Positions 29,943-40,744 of a DNA stretch of 62,196 nt are shown piece after piece (the stretch's first letter is position 1; every line of letters starts with the position of its first letter). Below the pieces are notes generated by a model, which was not told the origin of the DNA, ran no database searches, and saw only the letters and a list, made by a program, of their open reading frames with translations. The stretch lies in NCBI GenBank assembly GCA_031581485.1, contig JAVLBA010000006.1, positions 1-62,196 of the forward strand. Reading direction: 5' to 3'. The stretch is from Desulfurivibrionaceae bacterium. Lineage in GTDB: Bacteria > Desulfobacterota > Desulfobulbia > Desulfobulbales > SURF-16. A program made the translations under genes and the position numbers.

Positions 29943-31808
29943 TTATTTCTCGCTGTTTGGTTCTGAATTCTTTTTGTTAAAATAGGCTTCCAGCACGGCC
30001 TTGGCAATGGGGGCGGCTGCGGAGCCGCCATGGCCACCATGCTCGTTGAGCACGGTAACGGCAATTTCAGGATTTTCCGCCGGGGCATAGCAGGTAAACC
30101 AGGCATGGTCTCGGAATCTGTTGGGCACGTCTTCCTCCTCTGCCTCGCTGTAGTGCTCCAGCCGCACCACCTGGGCGGTGCCTGTCTTGCCGGCCACCAT
30201 AATCGTCTCCATTTTGGCGCTGCCGCCGGTTGCATGCTCACCGTTAACGGCAGCCACCAGTCCCTTGTTGATCAGTTTTAATTCTCGCGCCGTGCTGAAG
30301 GCCTGGCCGCTTTGCTGGGGGGGGAATTCCTGCAGAGTGGCGCCGTCCTGATCCTTGATGGCAAGGACAACCTGCGGCGTGTAAAGCGTACCGCCATTGG
30401 CGATGGCCGCGGTCATCCGGGTGATCTGCAGTGGCGTGGCCAGGTTGAAACCCTGGCCAATGGAGACAGATACGGTTTCCCCCTGTTGCCATCTCTCGTT
30501 CTTCTTTCTTTTCTTCCACTCTTTGGTCGGTACCAGCCCTGCTTTTTCATTTTCCAGGATAATGCCCGATTTTTCACCGAGTCCCAGGCTCTTGGCGTAG
30601 ATGGCCAGTTTGTCGACGCCGACTTCCTGGCCGATATGATAAAAATAGACATCGCACGATTCGGCCAGGGCCTGTTCCAGATTGATATCTTTGCCGTGGC
30701 CCCATCTTTTCCAGCAGCCATAACGGTGGCCATGGAGGGTGAAGGAGCCGTTGCAGTCGTAGGTGGTTTCCGGGGTAATGACCCCTTCCATGAGTCCGGC
30801 CAGGGCAGTGACCATTTTGTAGGTGGAGCCGGGCGGATATTGGCCCTGCATGGTCTTGTCCAGCAGGGGTTTGAGGGGGTCATGCACTATTTTATCCCAT
30901 GATTTCTGAGAAATGCCGCCGATAAATTCTTCAAGGTTGAGGGAAGGAGCACTGGCCAGAACAAGGAGGCCGCCGGTCTTGACGTCCATGGCGATGACGG
31001 CACCGGCCTTGCCTTCCATCTCTTTTTCAGCAATCTGCTGGAGATCCAGGTCAATGGTGAGTTGCAGATCGTGGCCCGGCAGCGGCTCGGTGAGCTTGAG
31101 TTGCTGCTGCTCCAGGCCATGGACGTCAACCTCGAAAAGGCGCTGGCCTTTTTCGCCGCGCAGCTGGGTGTCAAATATCTTTTCCAGGCCCATCTTGCCG
31201 ATTTGATCGCCGCCCATGTAGACGGAGCTGCTCTTGTTCTGCAGCTCTTTTATGTTAATTTCAGCCAGGTAGCCCAGGAGATGGGAGGCCAGATTGTTGT
31301 AGTTATATTTGCGGGAGGGTACTGCCTCAATCCGGATGCCGGGCAGTTCAAGACGGTGGTTCTCGACAAAGGTCACAGTTTCCCAGGTCACATCTTCTTT
31401 GAGGCGGATGGGCACAAACTTGGGATGGCTGCCCACCTTTCTGATCCTGGCCAGAACGTCTGAAATGTCTTCCTGGAGAATCCCTGCCATTTTTTTCAGC
31501 ACCAGATCGGGATCTTTGGCATCATCCCTAGTCCAGAGGATGTTGAAAAGCGGCCGGTTGCTGATGATGATTCTGTTGTGACGGTCCAGGATATTACCGC
31601 GGGGCGCCACTATCTGCAGCTGGCGAACCCGGTTGTTCAAGGCCATGTCGGCATACTTCTCACCCTCATGAATCTGCAGGTACCAGAGCCGCACCACCAG
31701 AATGGCGATAAAGGTGACCATGACGATGATGGTTATTTCTACCCTCTTTTTGAGGATGAGCAGCTCCTCTTCGTCAAGAGTATGTATCTGATCAAATAGA
31801 CGGCGCAT
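29943..31808 (-). CDS. mrdA: Penicillin-binding protein 2
   Basis: APRG.ILDR, PGSTYK (SxxK), SCD, KTGTAQ, DHAWF. Confidence 0.97.
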   Translation of the reverse strand: MRRLFDQIHTLDEEELLILKKRVEITIIVMVTFIAILVVRLWYLQIHEGEKYADMALNNRVRQLQIVAPRGNILDRHNRIIISNRPLFNILWTRDDAKDPDLVLKKMAGILQEDISDVLARIRKVGSHPKFVPIRLKEDVTWETVTFVENHRLELPGIRIEAVPSRKYNYNNLASHLLGYLAEINIKELQNKSSSVYMGGDQIGKMGLEKIFDTQLRGEKGQRLFEVDVHGLEQQQLKLTEPLPGHDLQLTIDLDLQQIAEKEMEGKAGAVIAMDVKTGGLLVLASAPSLNLEEFIGGISQKSWDKIVHDPLKPLLDKTMQGQYPPGSTYKMVTALAGLMEGVITPETTYDCNGSFTLHGHRYGCWKRWGHGKDINLEQALAESCDVYFYHIGQEVGVDKLAIYAKSLGLGEKSGIILENEKAGLVPTKEWKKRKKNERWQQGETVSVSIGQGFNLATPLQITRMTAAIANGGTLYTPQVVLAIKDQDGATLQEFPPQQSGQAFSTARELKLINKGLVAAVNGEHATGGSAKMETIMVAGKTGTAQVVRLEHYSEAEEEDVPNRFRDHAWFTCYAPAENPEIAVTVLNEHGGHGGSAAAPIAKAVLEAYFNKKNSEPNSEK

Positions 31809-31819
31809 GGTTTAGTGAC

Positions 31820-32362
31820 TTAAAAGTCATCCCGAAATCTGTTTTTGTTCCCAGGTTTGATAAGAATCTGCAGGGCCTTTTTGGGTGAGAGCCTGTTCAT
31901 GATGTAATCGTAAAGGCTGAAAAGGGGCATGGTGATCAGGGCCAGCAGCAAGAGGCGCACAATAATTTCTTTCCAGCTCCACAAGGAAATCGCCTCCGGG
32001 GAGAGTAGGGTGGTGATCATGTGGGTGAGGCCCATGACAAAGATATAGCTGGCCAGCACCAGGGGTATCTGGTGAGGGGGTTCGTTTAAGACAAGGGGTC
32101 TGGAGAGGAGTTTGATCATGAAATGGAGGGCCAGGTAGATCACGGGGTGGAGCCCGGAATAGATGCCGGAAAAGATGTCGGTGAGCATGCCGATGTAGAT
32201 GATCAGTAGCGCCCCCCGGTATGGGTCGAGGCGGACACTGACAAAGACCACCAGGACAAAGAGGGGGTCTATTTTGGCAAACCACCCAGGCAGGCCCGGC
32301 AGAAAGGAGGTTTGCAGGATAAGAAGCAGGGTGGCGACAAGGATAAAGGGGGCGCAGGGCAT
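31820..32362 (-). CDS. mreD: Rod shape-determining protein MreD
   Basis: Hydrophobic protein with G...D..SG motif between mreC and mrdA. Confidence 0.85.
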   Translation of the reverse strand: MPCAPFILVATLLLILQTSFLPGLPGWFAKIDPLFVLVVFVSVRLDPYRGALLIIYIGMLTDIFSGIYSGLHPVIYLALHFMIKLLSRPLVLNEPPHQIPLVLASYIFVMGLTHMITTLLSPEAISLWSWKEIIVRLLLLALITMPLFSLYDYIMNRLSPKKALQILIKPGNKNRFRDDF

Positions 32363-32364
32363 GA

Positions 32365-33201
32365 TCAATCCGTCAGGGAATCTTGTTGAAGGATAACGAT
32401 CAGGTACTCGAGCTGGCTGAAGTTTACGGCCGGGGCGACCGTAACCTTCTGAAACATCCCCCGTTTTGATTTTGTTACCGTGGCAACGGTTCCCACCGGG
32501 ATTCCCTTGGGAAAGGAGCCGCCCATGCCGGAGGTTACAATAAGATCCCCTTCTTCCACATCGGCATTTTTCAGGATGTAGTGCATGTTATAGGCTGGCC
32601 GTCCCTCTCCCTTGACAATGCCCTGGACCCTGTTTTTCTGGATCAGGGCATTGACAGCGGAATTGGGATCATGGGCCAGCAGTACCTTGGATATGGTCCG
32701 TGATGTCTCCAGGATCTGCCCCACCACCCCCTCAACCGTAACCACGGGCATGCCCTTTTCCAGGCCGTCACTGGTGCCCCGGTCGATGGTAAGGGTGCGG
32801 AACCAGAGGGAAGGGTCACGGCCGATGATCTGGGCCGTCAGGGTGGGTGGTTTGATGCTCTCTTTGACCTGCAGCAGTTTGTGGAGGCGCATATTCTCGG
32901 CCATGGCCTCCCGATATTCCTGGTTGGTGTTGATGGCCCTGTCCAGTTCATCACGAAGCACCTGATTCTCATGGCGGACATGGGTCAGGGCGATATAGCT
33001 GTCCCAGACATGGGAGATGCCATTCACCATCCGGGTGACCACATATTGGCCCTTGCCCACCACGTCCATCCCGAATTTCTGCGGCACATTGAAATGGCTG
33101 CGGCCCACGGTGGTAATGATGATCATGAGAAGCACCGTAATGACAAGGCCGTAAAGAAAATAGGTCTTGAGGGCGCTTGGTTTATGCCGACGTTTTTTCA
33201 T
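32365..33201 (-). CDS. mreC: Rod shape-determining protein MreC
   Basis: TM helix, coiled coil (ENMRL), IDRG..DG, GVVGQ, TSGMGG.FPKGIPVG. Confidence 0.96.
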   Translation of the reverse strand: MKKRRHKPSALKTYFLYGLVITVLLMIIITTVGRSHFNVPQKFGMDVVGKGQYVVTRMVNGISHVWDSYIALTHVRHENQVLRDELDRAINTNQEYREAMAENMRLHKLLQVKESIKPPTLTAQIIGRDPSLWFRTLTIDRGTSDGLEKGMPVVTVEGVVGQILETSRTISKVLLAHDPNSAVNALIQKNRVQGIVKGEGRPAYNMHYILKNADVEEGDLIVTSGMGGSFPKGIPVGTVATVTKSKRGMFQKVTVAPAVNFSQLEYLIVILQQDSLTD

Positions 33202-33223
33202 GTAAGCTCGGTGAGGCTCCAGG

Positions 33224-33280
33224 CCTGAAAAAGGATGAGGGATGAATTATCAATAAATTCATCCCTCATCCTTTTTCAGG
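33224..33280. other. Perfect 25-bp stem-loop between mreB and mreC
   Basis: CCTGAAAAAGGATGAGGGATGAATT-ATCAATA-AATTCATCCCTCATCCTTTTTCAGG. Confidence 0.85.
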
Positions 33281-33320
33281 GTAATAACAGGTGATTAAGA
33301 AGCCGGGGCTGGGACGCGTC

Positions 33321-34397
<1,077 letters not shown>

Positions 34398-34899
34398 TTA
34401 TAGAGGGGTTGCGAAACAGGAAAATTTTATTCAAGGCCGGAATCTGCCCGGGTTTATTTCAGGGCACGAATCGCTTTTGTTATTGCCGAATTTACAGGTC
34501 TGGCCTGCCAGGTGCAAAAATAATCGTGATAATAACATTTTGAAAACATAAGTCTAACGATTATTGCAGTCCCTGGTTAAAATGCAAGGCACGGGGCTGG
34601 AAAAACAACAAAAAAACCAAGGATATCAACCCATTCATGATCTGAGGGGGGGCAAGTCTACAGGGTGATGCGTGTCAGCCATCTTGGCGAGCCATTCTAA
34701 ATAAACAAGAAAAAAACAGCAAGAAAAATGGAACTGCCTGTCCGCCGTCACTTACCGGTCGAGCTGCCATGGGCAAAATTTTTTGCAGGGGGGGCTTTTT
34801 ATCTGCCTTGGCAGGTGACAGCTGTCTTGCGGTGGGCATTGGTGGGGTGGGACTGATCTGCGCCCTCTGGGTGCGGGTTATGAAAGACCTCGCATCATG

Positions 34900-34939
34900 T
34901 AAAAAGGGGGCGTATTTAAAAAAATACGCCCCCTTTTTC
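34900..34939 (-). terminator. Intrinsic terminator after rubredoxin (symmetric)
   Basis: AAAAAGGGGGCGTATTT..AAATACGCCCCCTTTTT. Confidence 0.8.
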
Positions 34940-34970
34940 TATGGGGTAACAGAAGATGAGCTCAATCTTC

Positions 34971-35129
34971 TTAGTCGATCTTCCAGAAATCTGCTTTTTC
35001 GGCGCCGCATTTGGGGCAGACCCACTCCTCTGGAACATCTTCCCACTTGGTTCCCGGCTCAATGCCGTTTTCATAATCTCCTTCTTCTGGATCATAGATG
35101 TAGCCGCAGGGGCATTCCCATTTGTCCAT
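34971..35129 (-). CDS. Rubredoxin
   Basis: [30 protein letters not shown]; AGGAG RBS; 52 aa. Confidence 0.95.
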   Translation of the reverse strand: MDKWECPCGYIYDPEEGDYENGIEPGTKWEDVPEEWVCPKCGAEKADFWKID

Positions 35130-35235
35130 TGCTGTCTCCTTTGGTGTTGATGGAAGGTTGAGGGAGGGATTTAAGCCAGGGCTTGAGGTGATGGTGCCGC
35201 CGCAGCCGAGAAATCTTCCCCTTGGCAATGTGCTT

Positions 35236-35496
35236 TTATTTGTTGCAGGTGGGGCAGGCAGAGGTGGCGTCTGCCTGCGCGATTGAACCATCCCCCTGGC
35301 TTCTTGTGCCTGGGATCTCTTCGATGACAAAACGGGCCAGATTGTTTTTGTCGGGAATAAACTCGCCAATGGGGGAGAGGCGTTTATTGGCATTGAGGCA
35401 ATCAACCATGACCCGCCACAGGGTTTCCATCTCCAGGGTTTCGCCGCTGTTTTCCGGCATGAATTCGACGACATTTTTCTCTATTGCAATTTTCAT
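35236..35496 (-). CDS. Hypothetical protein upstream of rubredoxin, possibly C-terminally truncated
   Basis: GAGGAAAG RBS; protein-like sequence ending abruptly in CPTCNK-stop. Confidence 0.7.
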   Translation of the reverse strand: MKIAIEKNVVEFMPENSGETLEMETLWRVMVDCLNANKRLSPIGEFIPDKNNLARFVIEEIPGTRSQGDGSIAQADATSACPTCNK

Positions 35497-35589
35497 TCTT
35501 TCCTCGCTGATTGTGTTTAATGAGTTAAGTGTAATTCCTGGTTGGCAAAAGTCAAGAAAACGTCAAGGCAATGGAGACGGTTCCCCTCC

Positions 35590-35766
35590 CTATTGCTTTT
35601 GCCGTTGTGCTTCGGCGCTGACGCCGACCTTGCCGTAATGGCTGGCCCCGCATTCATTTTTGCCCAGATCCATGTTGTTCTGTTCGGCCTGATCAACCTT
35701 GAGCCTGCCGATGAGTTGCTCAAAAAGATCGTCTGCTGTGTAGCTATAGGGTTCCTTGGTGGCCAT
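35590..35766 (-). CDS. Small hypothetical protein
   Basis: 58-aa ORF co-oriented with neighbours, weak GGAAG RBS; no motif recognised. Confidence 0.4.
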   Translation of the reverse strand: MATKEPYSYTADDLFEQLIGRLKVDQAEQNNMDLGKNECGASHYGKVGVSAEAQRQKQ

Positions 35767-35943
35767 GGGCTTCTTCCGACAATTTATCAATAGTAATTAG
35801 TATCAATTTAGGGCCAAATATACTTAAAATAAGAAAAAAAGTAAGCAGGAATTTGGGTGAAGATCAATAAAATTGGTTTTTCCCGGCCGGGGAGGGCGTG
35901 GGTGGGGCCGAGAAAAAAAGAGGGAAGGCTGGGTGGAAAAATG

Positions 35944-35972
35944 TTGACAGCCAACCGGGCATCGGCTTTAAT
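35944..35972 (+). promoter_or_regulatory. Sigma70 promoter of tRNA-Ala
   Basis: TTGACA-17 nt-TTTAAT. Confidence 0.75.
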
Positions 35973-36000
35973 AGCCCTCACCTTTTCACATGGTTTTAAA

Positions 36001-36076
<76 letters not shown>

Positions 36077-36235
36077 TTTCTATTCTTTTCTTCATGTTAC
36101 CTCTTTTGGTCTTTAATCGGGGAGGGCTCTTCAAGTTTTTCCCAATATTAAGGATAAGCCTCTGTTGGTGACGTTGAATTGGCCTTCTTCCTGCCGCAGA
36201 GGCTTTTTTTGTTTCTGATTTCTGGAGGAGCCGTT

Positions 36236-36448
36236 ATGTCTGAGCAGCCCAAAAAGGAACCTTCCGGTTCAGCCCCCAATAAGCCGATCACTGATGAATT
36301 AATCATGAAAATCACCAAAGAGGTGGTTATCAAGTTTATTGAGGTGGGACGTCTTTCGCCCGTCAAATTCGATGAAACCTTTCAGGACGTGCATCGGACG
36401 GTGAGCGAGGTCGCCAGAGGGAGCGCTGTCGCCAAGGAGGGCGCATGA
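36236..36448 (+). CDS. Small hypothetical protein (KITKEVVIKFIEVGRLSP motif)
   Basis: GGAGGAG RBS; ATGA overlap with mpl. Confidence 0.8.
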   Translation: MSEQPKKEPSGSAPNKPITDELIMKITKEVVIKFIEVGRLSPVKFDETFQDVHRTVSEVARGSAVAKEGA

Positions 36449-37899
36449 GCCCAGGCTGCCAGCCCCTTTTGGATCCATCCCTTAATTTCTTCCCTGTAGA
36501 TACATATCATATCCATCTCATGGGTGTGGGCGGCACCGGCATGGGCGCCATGGCTGGTCTCCTCAAGAAGGCGGGGTACACTGTCAGTGGCTCCGACAGT
36601 CAGGTCTATCCGCCCATGAGCGACTATCTGGCCGCCTCTGGCGTTCAGGTGAAGGAGGGATATGGGGCCGGCAATCTGCGCCCCCGGCCCGATCTTGTCG
36701 TGGTGGGTAATGTCATCAGGCGTGAAAATCCCGAGGCCCTTGAGCTTGCCCGGCAGGCCATACCCTATCTCTCTTTCCCCCAGGCCCTGGCGGAGAAGTT
36801 TCTGGCCAACAAAACAGCGCTGGTGGTGGCCGGCACCCATGGCAAGACAACCACCTCCTCCATACTGGCCACTATGCTGGCCGGGGCCGGTTTTGATCCC
36901 GGTTTTATGATCGGCGGCATCGTCAAGGCCTTTCAGGCAAATTTTCACCTGGGAGAGGGTGCCTATTTTGTGGTGGAGGGTGATGAGTATGACACCGCCT
37001 TTTTCGACAAGGGACCCAAATTTCTTCACTACCGGCCGCAGATAGCCATTCTCACCTCTGTGGAATTCGATCATGCCGACATCTATGCGGATTTTGCGGC
37101 AGTGCGGGCCTCCTTCGCCCGTCTGGTGGCTATTATGCCGCCGGATGGTGTCTTGATCGCCTGTTTTGATGACCCGGTCATCCGCGAGCTCTGCCAGGGT
37201 GCCGCCTGTAAAGTGGTTTCCTACGGCCTTGATCCGGCCTGGGACTGGTCCTTTCAGGACATGGCCAACGCTGAGGGTTTTACGGCATTTACCCTGCGGC
37301 GCCAGGGCAGGGCGGCCGGCGAATTCAGGAGCATGATGCCCGGCCGTCATAATGTCCTCAACTCCCTGGCGGTTCTGGCCCTCCTTGCGGAAATCGGCAT
37401 GGATCAGGAGGTGATGGCCGCCCAGCTTGCCGCCTTTCAGGGGGTCTGTCGCCGCCAGGAGGTGAGGGGGATGGCAGCCGGGGTCACGGTGATTGATGAT
37501 TTTGCCCATCATCCCACTGCCGTGCATGAAACCTTGGCCGCCCTCAGGGGGGCCTATCCGGACCAGCGTCTTGTCGCTGTATTTGAACCCCGCACCAATT
37601 CCAGTCGCCGGACAATTTTTCAGGAGCGCTATGCCCAGGTCTTTGCCGATGCCCATGAGATTGTCATTAAGGAGCCTGAACCCCTTAAGGGGGTGGCCGC
37701 TGGGGATCATTTTTCAGCCGGTCGGCTTGCTGCGGACCTGAGGGCCCGGGGGCAGCAGGCTGCCTCTTTTCAGGATACCGATTTGATCCTGGAGCATCTT
37801 TTTGCCACTCTCCACTCAGGAGATGTGGTTGCCGTCCTTTCCAATGGTGGTTTTGATAATATCCACCAACGCCTTCTGGCGGCCTTGGCCCTCAGATAG
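36445..37899 (+). CDS. mpl: Murein tripeptide ligase (MurC/Mpl family)
   Basis: GVGGTGMG, VYPPMS, GTHGKTTT, EGDEYDTAFFDK, DDFAHHPTA, FEPRTN, SNGGF. Confidence 0.93.
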   Translation: MSPGCQPLLDPSLNFFPVDTYHIHLMGVGGTGMGAMAGLLKKAGYTVSGSDSQVYPPMSDYLAASGVQVKEGYGAGNLRPRPDLVVVGNVIRRENPEALELARQAIPYLSFPQALAEKFLANKTALVVAGTHGKTTTSSILATMLAGAGFDPGFMIGGIVKAFQANFHLGEGAYFVVEGDEYDTAFFDKGPKFLHYRPQIAILTSVEFDHADIYADFAAVRASFARLVAIMPPDGVLIACFDDPVIRELCQGAACKVVSYGLDPAWDWSFQDMANAEGFTAFTLRRQGRAAGEFRSMMPGRHNVLNSLAVLALLAEIGMDQEVMAAQLAAFQGVCRRQEVRGMAAGVTVIDDFAHHPTAVHETLAALRGAYPDQRLVAVFEPRTNSSRRTIFQERYAQVFADAHEIVIKEPEPLKGVAAGDHFSAGRLAADLRARGQQAASFQDTDLILEHLFATLHSGDVVAVLSNGGFDNIHQRLLAALALR

Positions 37900-37969
37900 C
37901 TCCTGCTTTTCTCTAAATTAATTTCGTTATAACAATATGTTGGACGTTTTGGTTCGCCTATCGGTTAAA

Positions 37970-38044
37970 ATGAATGACCATTCATCTTATTGTGAATAGG
38001 TATTCATTTTTCTGGTTGACACTGGTGGCTGATTCGACTAGAAC
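37970..38044 (+). promoter_or_regulatory. nuo promoter with two tandem palindromic operator-like sites
   Basis: ATGAATGACCATTCAT (37970-37985) and GTGAATAGGTATTCAT (37992-38007); TTGACA 38016-38021, 17 nt, TAGAAC. Confidence 0.7.
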
Positions 38045-38169
38045 CTGGGGTTAATTGAGCAGAAATACGGATGCCCAAGAGGGGGGAATTTGCCATAATC
38101 GCGGGATCTTTTCCGGCGCTTATGAAATGGGAGTTTCAGTGGCAAATATTTATTAAGGGAGTGAAGATC

Positions 38170-38586
38170 GTGGATATGTCAGCAGCTTCTCTGGGTGATC
38201 TTTTCTATGTCACCGTCTTTTTTCTGGGTGGACTCGGTTTTGCCGTGGGCCCTTTTATTATCGTCTATTTTCTCAGCCCTCGAAAAACAAGAAATATTGC
38301 CAATAAGACAAGTCAATTCATCGAATGCGGCATGGATCCCATCGGCTCAGCCTGGATTCGTTATGGTATGGTTTTTTACCTCTATGCCTTGATGTTTCTC
38401 GCCTTTGATGTGGATGTGCTGTTTCTCTTTCCGGTGGCCATGGCCTATAATTCCGGTCAGTTTGCTGGGGGGATTCGGGATTTTGTTGAGGTCGCCATCT
38501 TTGTTGCAATTTTGTCACTGGCACTTGTATATGCCTGGAAAAAGGGAGTTTTCAAGTGGGATCGGAAAGTATACCATCGTCAATAG
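38170..38586 (+). CDS. nuoA: Complex I subunit A
   Basis: [29 protein letters not shown]; start GTG 38170 or ATG 38176. Confidence 0.95.
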   Translation: MDMSAASLGDLFYVTVFFLGGLGFAVGPFIIVYFLSPRKTRNIANKTSQFIECGMDPIGSAWIRYGMVFYLYALMFLAFDVDVLFLFPVAMAYNSGQFAGGIRDFVEVAIFVAILSLALVYAWKKGVFKWDRKVYHRQ

Positions 38587-39065
38587 TTCAGCTTTCTACG
38601 GTCGATAAGGTTCTGGCCATGGGTCGGGCAAATTCATTGTGGCCCATGACCTTTGGTCTGGCCTGCTGCGCCATCGAGATGATGGCCGCCGGTGCCAGCC
38701 GCTTTGATCTGTCCCGTTTTGGCGCTGAGGTGTTCAGGCCTTCACCCAGGCAATGTGATGTCATGATCGTGGCCGGTACCATCTCCAAAAAGATGTTTCC
38801 GGCGGTCAAGACCTTGTATGACCAGATGCCGGAACCCAAATGGGTTATTGCCATGGGCAATTGTGCCATCTCTGGGGGGCCGTTCGTGTTTGCCGGACAG
38901 TACGGTATCATTGAAGGGGCAGATACCTTTCTGCCGGTGGATATTTATATTCCAGGCTGTCCGCCTCGGCCTGAGGCCTTGATCGAGGGTATTCTGGAGC
39001 TTGAAGAAAAGATTACCGGCAACCGCAGGTGGCCGAGAGTTGAATCCGGATTGAGTCAGCCATGA
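38556..39065 (+). CDS. nuoB: Complex I subunit B
   Basis: [26 protein letters not shown]. Confidence 0.97.
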   Translation: MGSESIPSSIVQLSTVDKVLAMGRANSLWPMTFGLACCAIEMMAAGASRFDLSRFGAEVFRPSPRQCDVMIVAGTISKKMFPAVKTLYDQMPEPKWVIAMGNCAISGGPFVFAGQYGIIEGADTFLPVDIYIPGCPPRPEALIEGILELEEKITGNRRWPRVESGLSQP

Positions 39066-39616
39066 ACAAAGAAAATGTAATTCAAGAACTGCAGGCCCTG
39101 GCCGCTGAGGGAATGGCTGAGCAGCGAGAAGAGGCCAGTGCGGCCCCTGTGGCCGAGCCCGCTGGCGAGGAAGAGGCCAAACCCAAGAAGGCCCTCCCCC
39201 CGGAGCCCCGCAGAAACGGGGTGCTTGAGGTTGAGTATGCGGTGCGGGGTGTCCATCTTGATGTGCAGATCAAGGGCGATCAGGTGGTGCGTGCCGCTCA
39301 GATACTGGATGAGGCGGGCATGACCCTGGAGGCCATTACCGGGGTAGACTGGATGAAGGACCAGGAGCTGGAAGTGGTCTATGACTACTCCTACACCGGT
39401 GGTCCCTGCTTCCGCGTTGTGGTCCGCGCCCGTATCCCCCGCCATGAGCCCACGATCCCCACTGTCTCCGAGGTCTTTGCCGGCGCCAACTGGCATGAAA
39501 GGGAGACCTTTGATTTCTTCGGTATCCATTTCGAAGGGCATCCGCAGTTAGAGTACCTCCTGTTGCCGGAAGATTGTGATTTCCATCCCTTGCTCAAAGA
39601 TTTCAAAGGATGTTAA
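39062..39616 (+). CDS. nuoC: Complex I subunit C
   Basis: [26 protein letters not shown]. Confidence 0.95.
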   Translation: MNKENVIQELQALAAEGMAEQREEASAAPVAEPAGEEEAKPKKALPPEPRRNGVLEVEYAVRGVHLDVQIKGDQVVRAAQILDEAGMTLEAITGVDWMKDQELEVVYDYSYTGGPCFRVVVRARIPRHEPTIPTVSEVFAGANWHERETFDFFGIHFEGHPQLEYLLLPEDCDFHPLLKDFKGC

Positions 39617-39619
39617 GCC

Positions 39620-40738
39620 ATGAGTAGCCAACCGCTCAGCCAGAACCAAGAATATTTCGAGCTCAATCTGGGCCCCCAGCATCCCGCCACCCACGGGGTG
39701 CTCCGGGTCAAGCTTCTGATGGATGGCGAGTACATCGTCGATGCCGAACCGGTTCTCGGCTATATCCATCGCATGCATGAACTCATGGGGGAAAACCGGA
39801 GCTGGGCCCAGTATCTCCCCAACATGGGCCGTCTCGATTATCTCTCCGCCCTTTCTTATAATCTCGGCTATGTGGAGTTGGTGGAAAAGATGGCCGGCAT
39901 TGAGGTGCCGGAGCGGGCCGAGTATATCCGGGTGATTACCACGGAGATGAACCGTATCTCCAGCCATCTTCTCTGGTTCGGCGCCTTTGTCCTCGACCTG
40001 GGCGGTTTTACCCCCCTGCTGTATGCCTTTGATGATCGCGAGCAGATTCTTGATCTCCTCGAATCGGTCACCGGTTCCCGCCTCACCTATTGCTATTATC
40101 TTTTCGGCGGTTGTTATAACGATGTTGAGGATGATTTCCTGAGCGGCTGTCTGGCCTTTATCAAGCGGATGCGCACACGGCTGCCCATGTACCATAACCT
40201 GGTTACCAAGAATGTCATCCTCAGGCAGCGTCTGGAAGGGGTTGGCCCGGTCTCGGCCGAGATGTGCCGCAAGTACGGCGCCACCGGCCCGGTGCTGCGC
40301 GGCTCCGGCATTCATTATGATCTGCGTAAAAACGAACCCTATTCCATTTATCCTGAGCTTGATTTTGATGTGCCGGTCTACCCGGAAGGTGATTCCATGG
40401 CCCGCTTCATGGTGCGCATGGATGAGATGGAGCAGAGTATGCGCATCATTGAACAGGCCATTGCCAAGATCCCTGAAGGGCCGGTGATGGCGGAGAAAGT
40501 GCCCAAGATGATCAAGCCGGCGGCCGGTGATTATTATCACGCCGTGGAAGCGGCCCGCGGCACTTTTGCCATCCGGGCCGTCAGTGATGGGAAAAACCAG
40601 GCCTATCGCATGAAACTGCGCTCCCCGACATTCTCGAATCTGAGTCTCTTTCAGGAGGCAAGTCGAGGCATGTTGCTGGCGGATGGTCTGGCTTTCATGG
40701 GCAGCCTTGACCTGGTCATCCCAGAGATTGATCGTTAA
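39620..40738 (+). CDS. nuoD: Complex I subunit D
   Basis: GPQHPATHGVLR, GYIHR, RLDY, EIDR; no NiFe CxxC motifs. Confidence 0.97.
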   Translation: MSSQPLSQNQEYFELNLGPQHPATHGVLRVKLLMDGEYIVDAEPVLGYIHRMHELMGENRSWAQYLPNMGRLDYLSALSYNLGYVELVEKMAGIEVPERAEYIRVITTEMNRISSHLLWFGAFVLDLGGFTPLLYAFDDREQILDLLESVTGSRLTYCYYLFGGCYNDVEDDFLSGCLAFIKRMRTRLPMYHNLVTKNVILRQRLEGVGPVSAEMCRKYGATGPVLRGSGIHYDLRKNEPYSIYPELDFDVPVYPEGDSMARFMVRMDEMEQSMRIIEQAIAKIPEGPVMAEKVPKMIKPAAGDYYHAVEAARGTFAIRAVSDGKNQAYRMKLRSPTFSNLSLFQEASRGMLLADGLAFMGSLDLVIPEIDR

Positions 40739-40744
40739 GGAGAG

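Noticed and set aside
34515-34570. Fur-box-like AT-rich stretch upstream of mreB
   Set aside because: Only a partial match within generally AT-rich promoter DNA.
34769-35161. Plus-strand 130-aa ORF
   Set aside because: Runs through a terminator and antisense to rubredoxin; no protein features.
37990-38007. Rex operator
   Set aside because: TTGTGAA half-site is present but the second half does not fit TTGTGAA-N4-TTCACAA; better explained by the repeated TGAAT-N4-ATTCA motif.
39620-40738. Group 4 NiFe hydrogenase large subunit
   Set aside because: Lacks both CxxC metal-binding motifs and retains the quinone-site His/Tyr motifs of NuoD.
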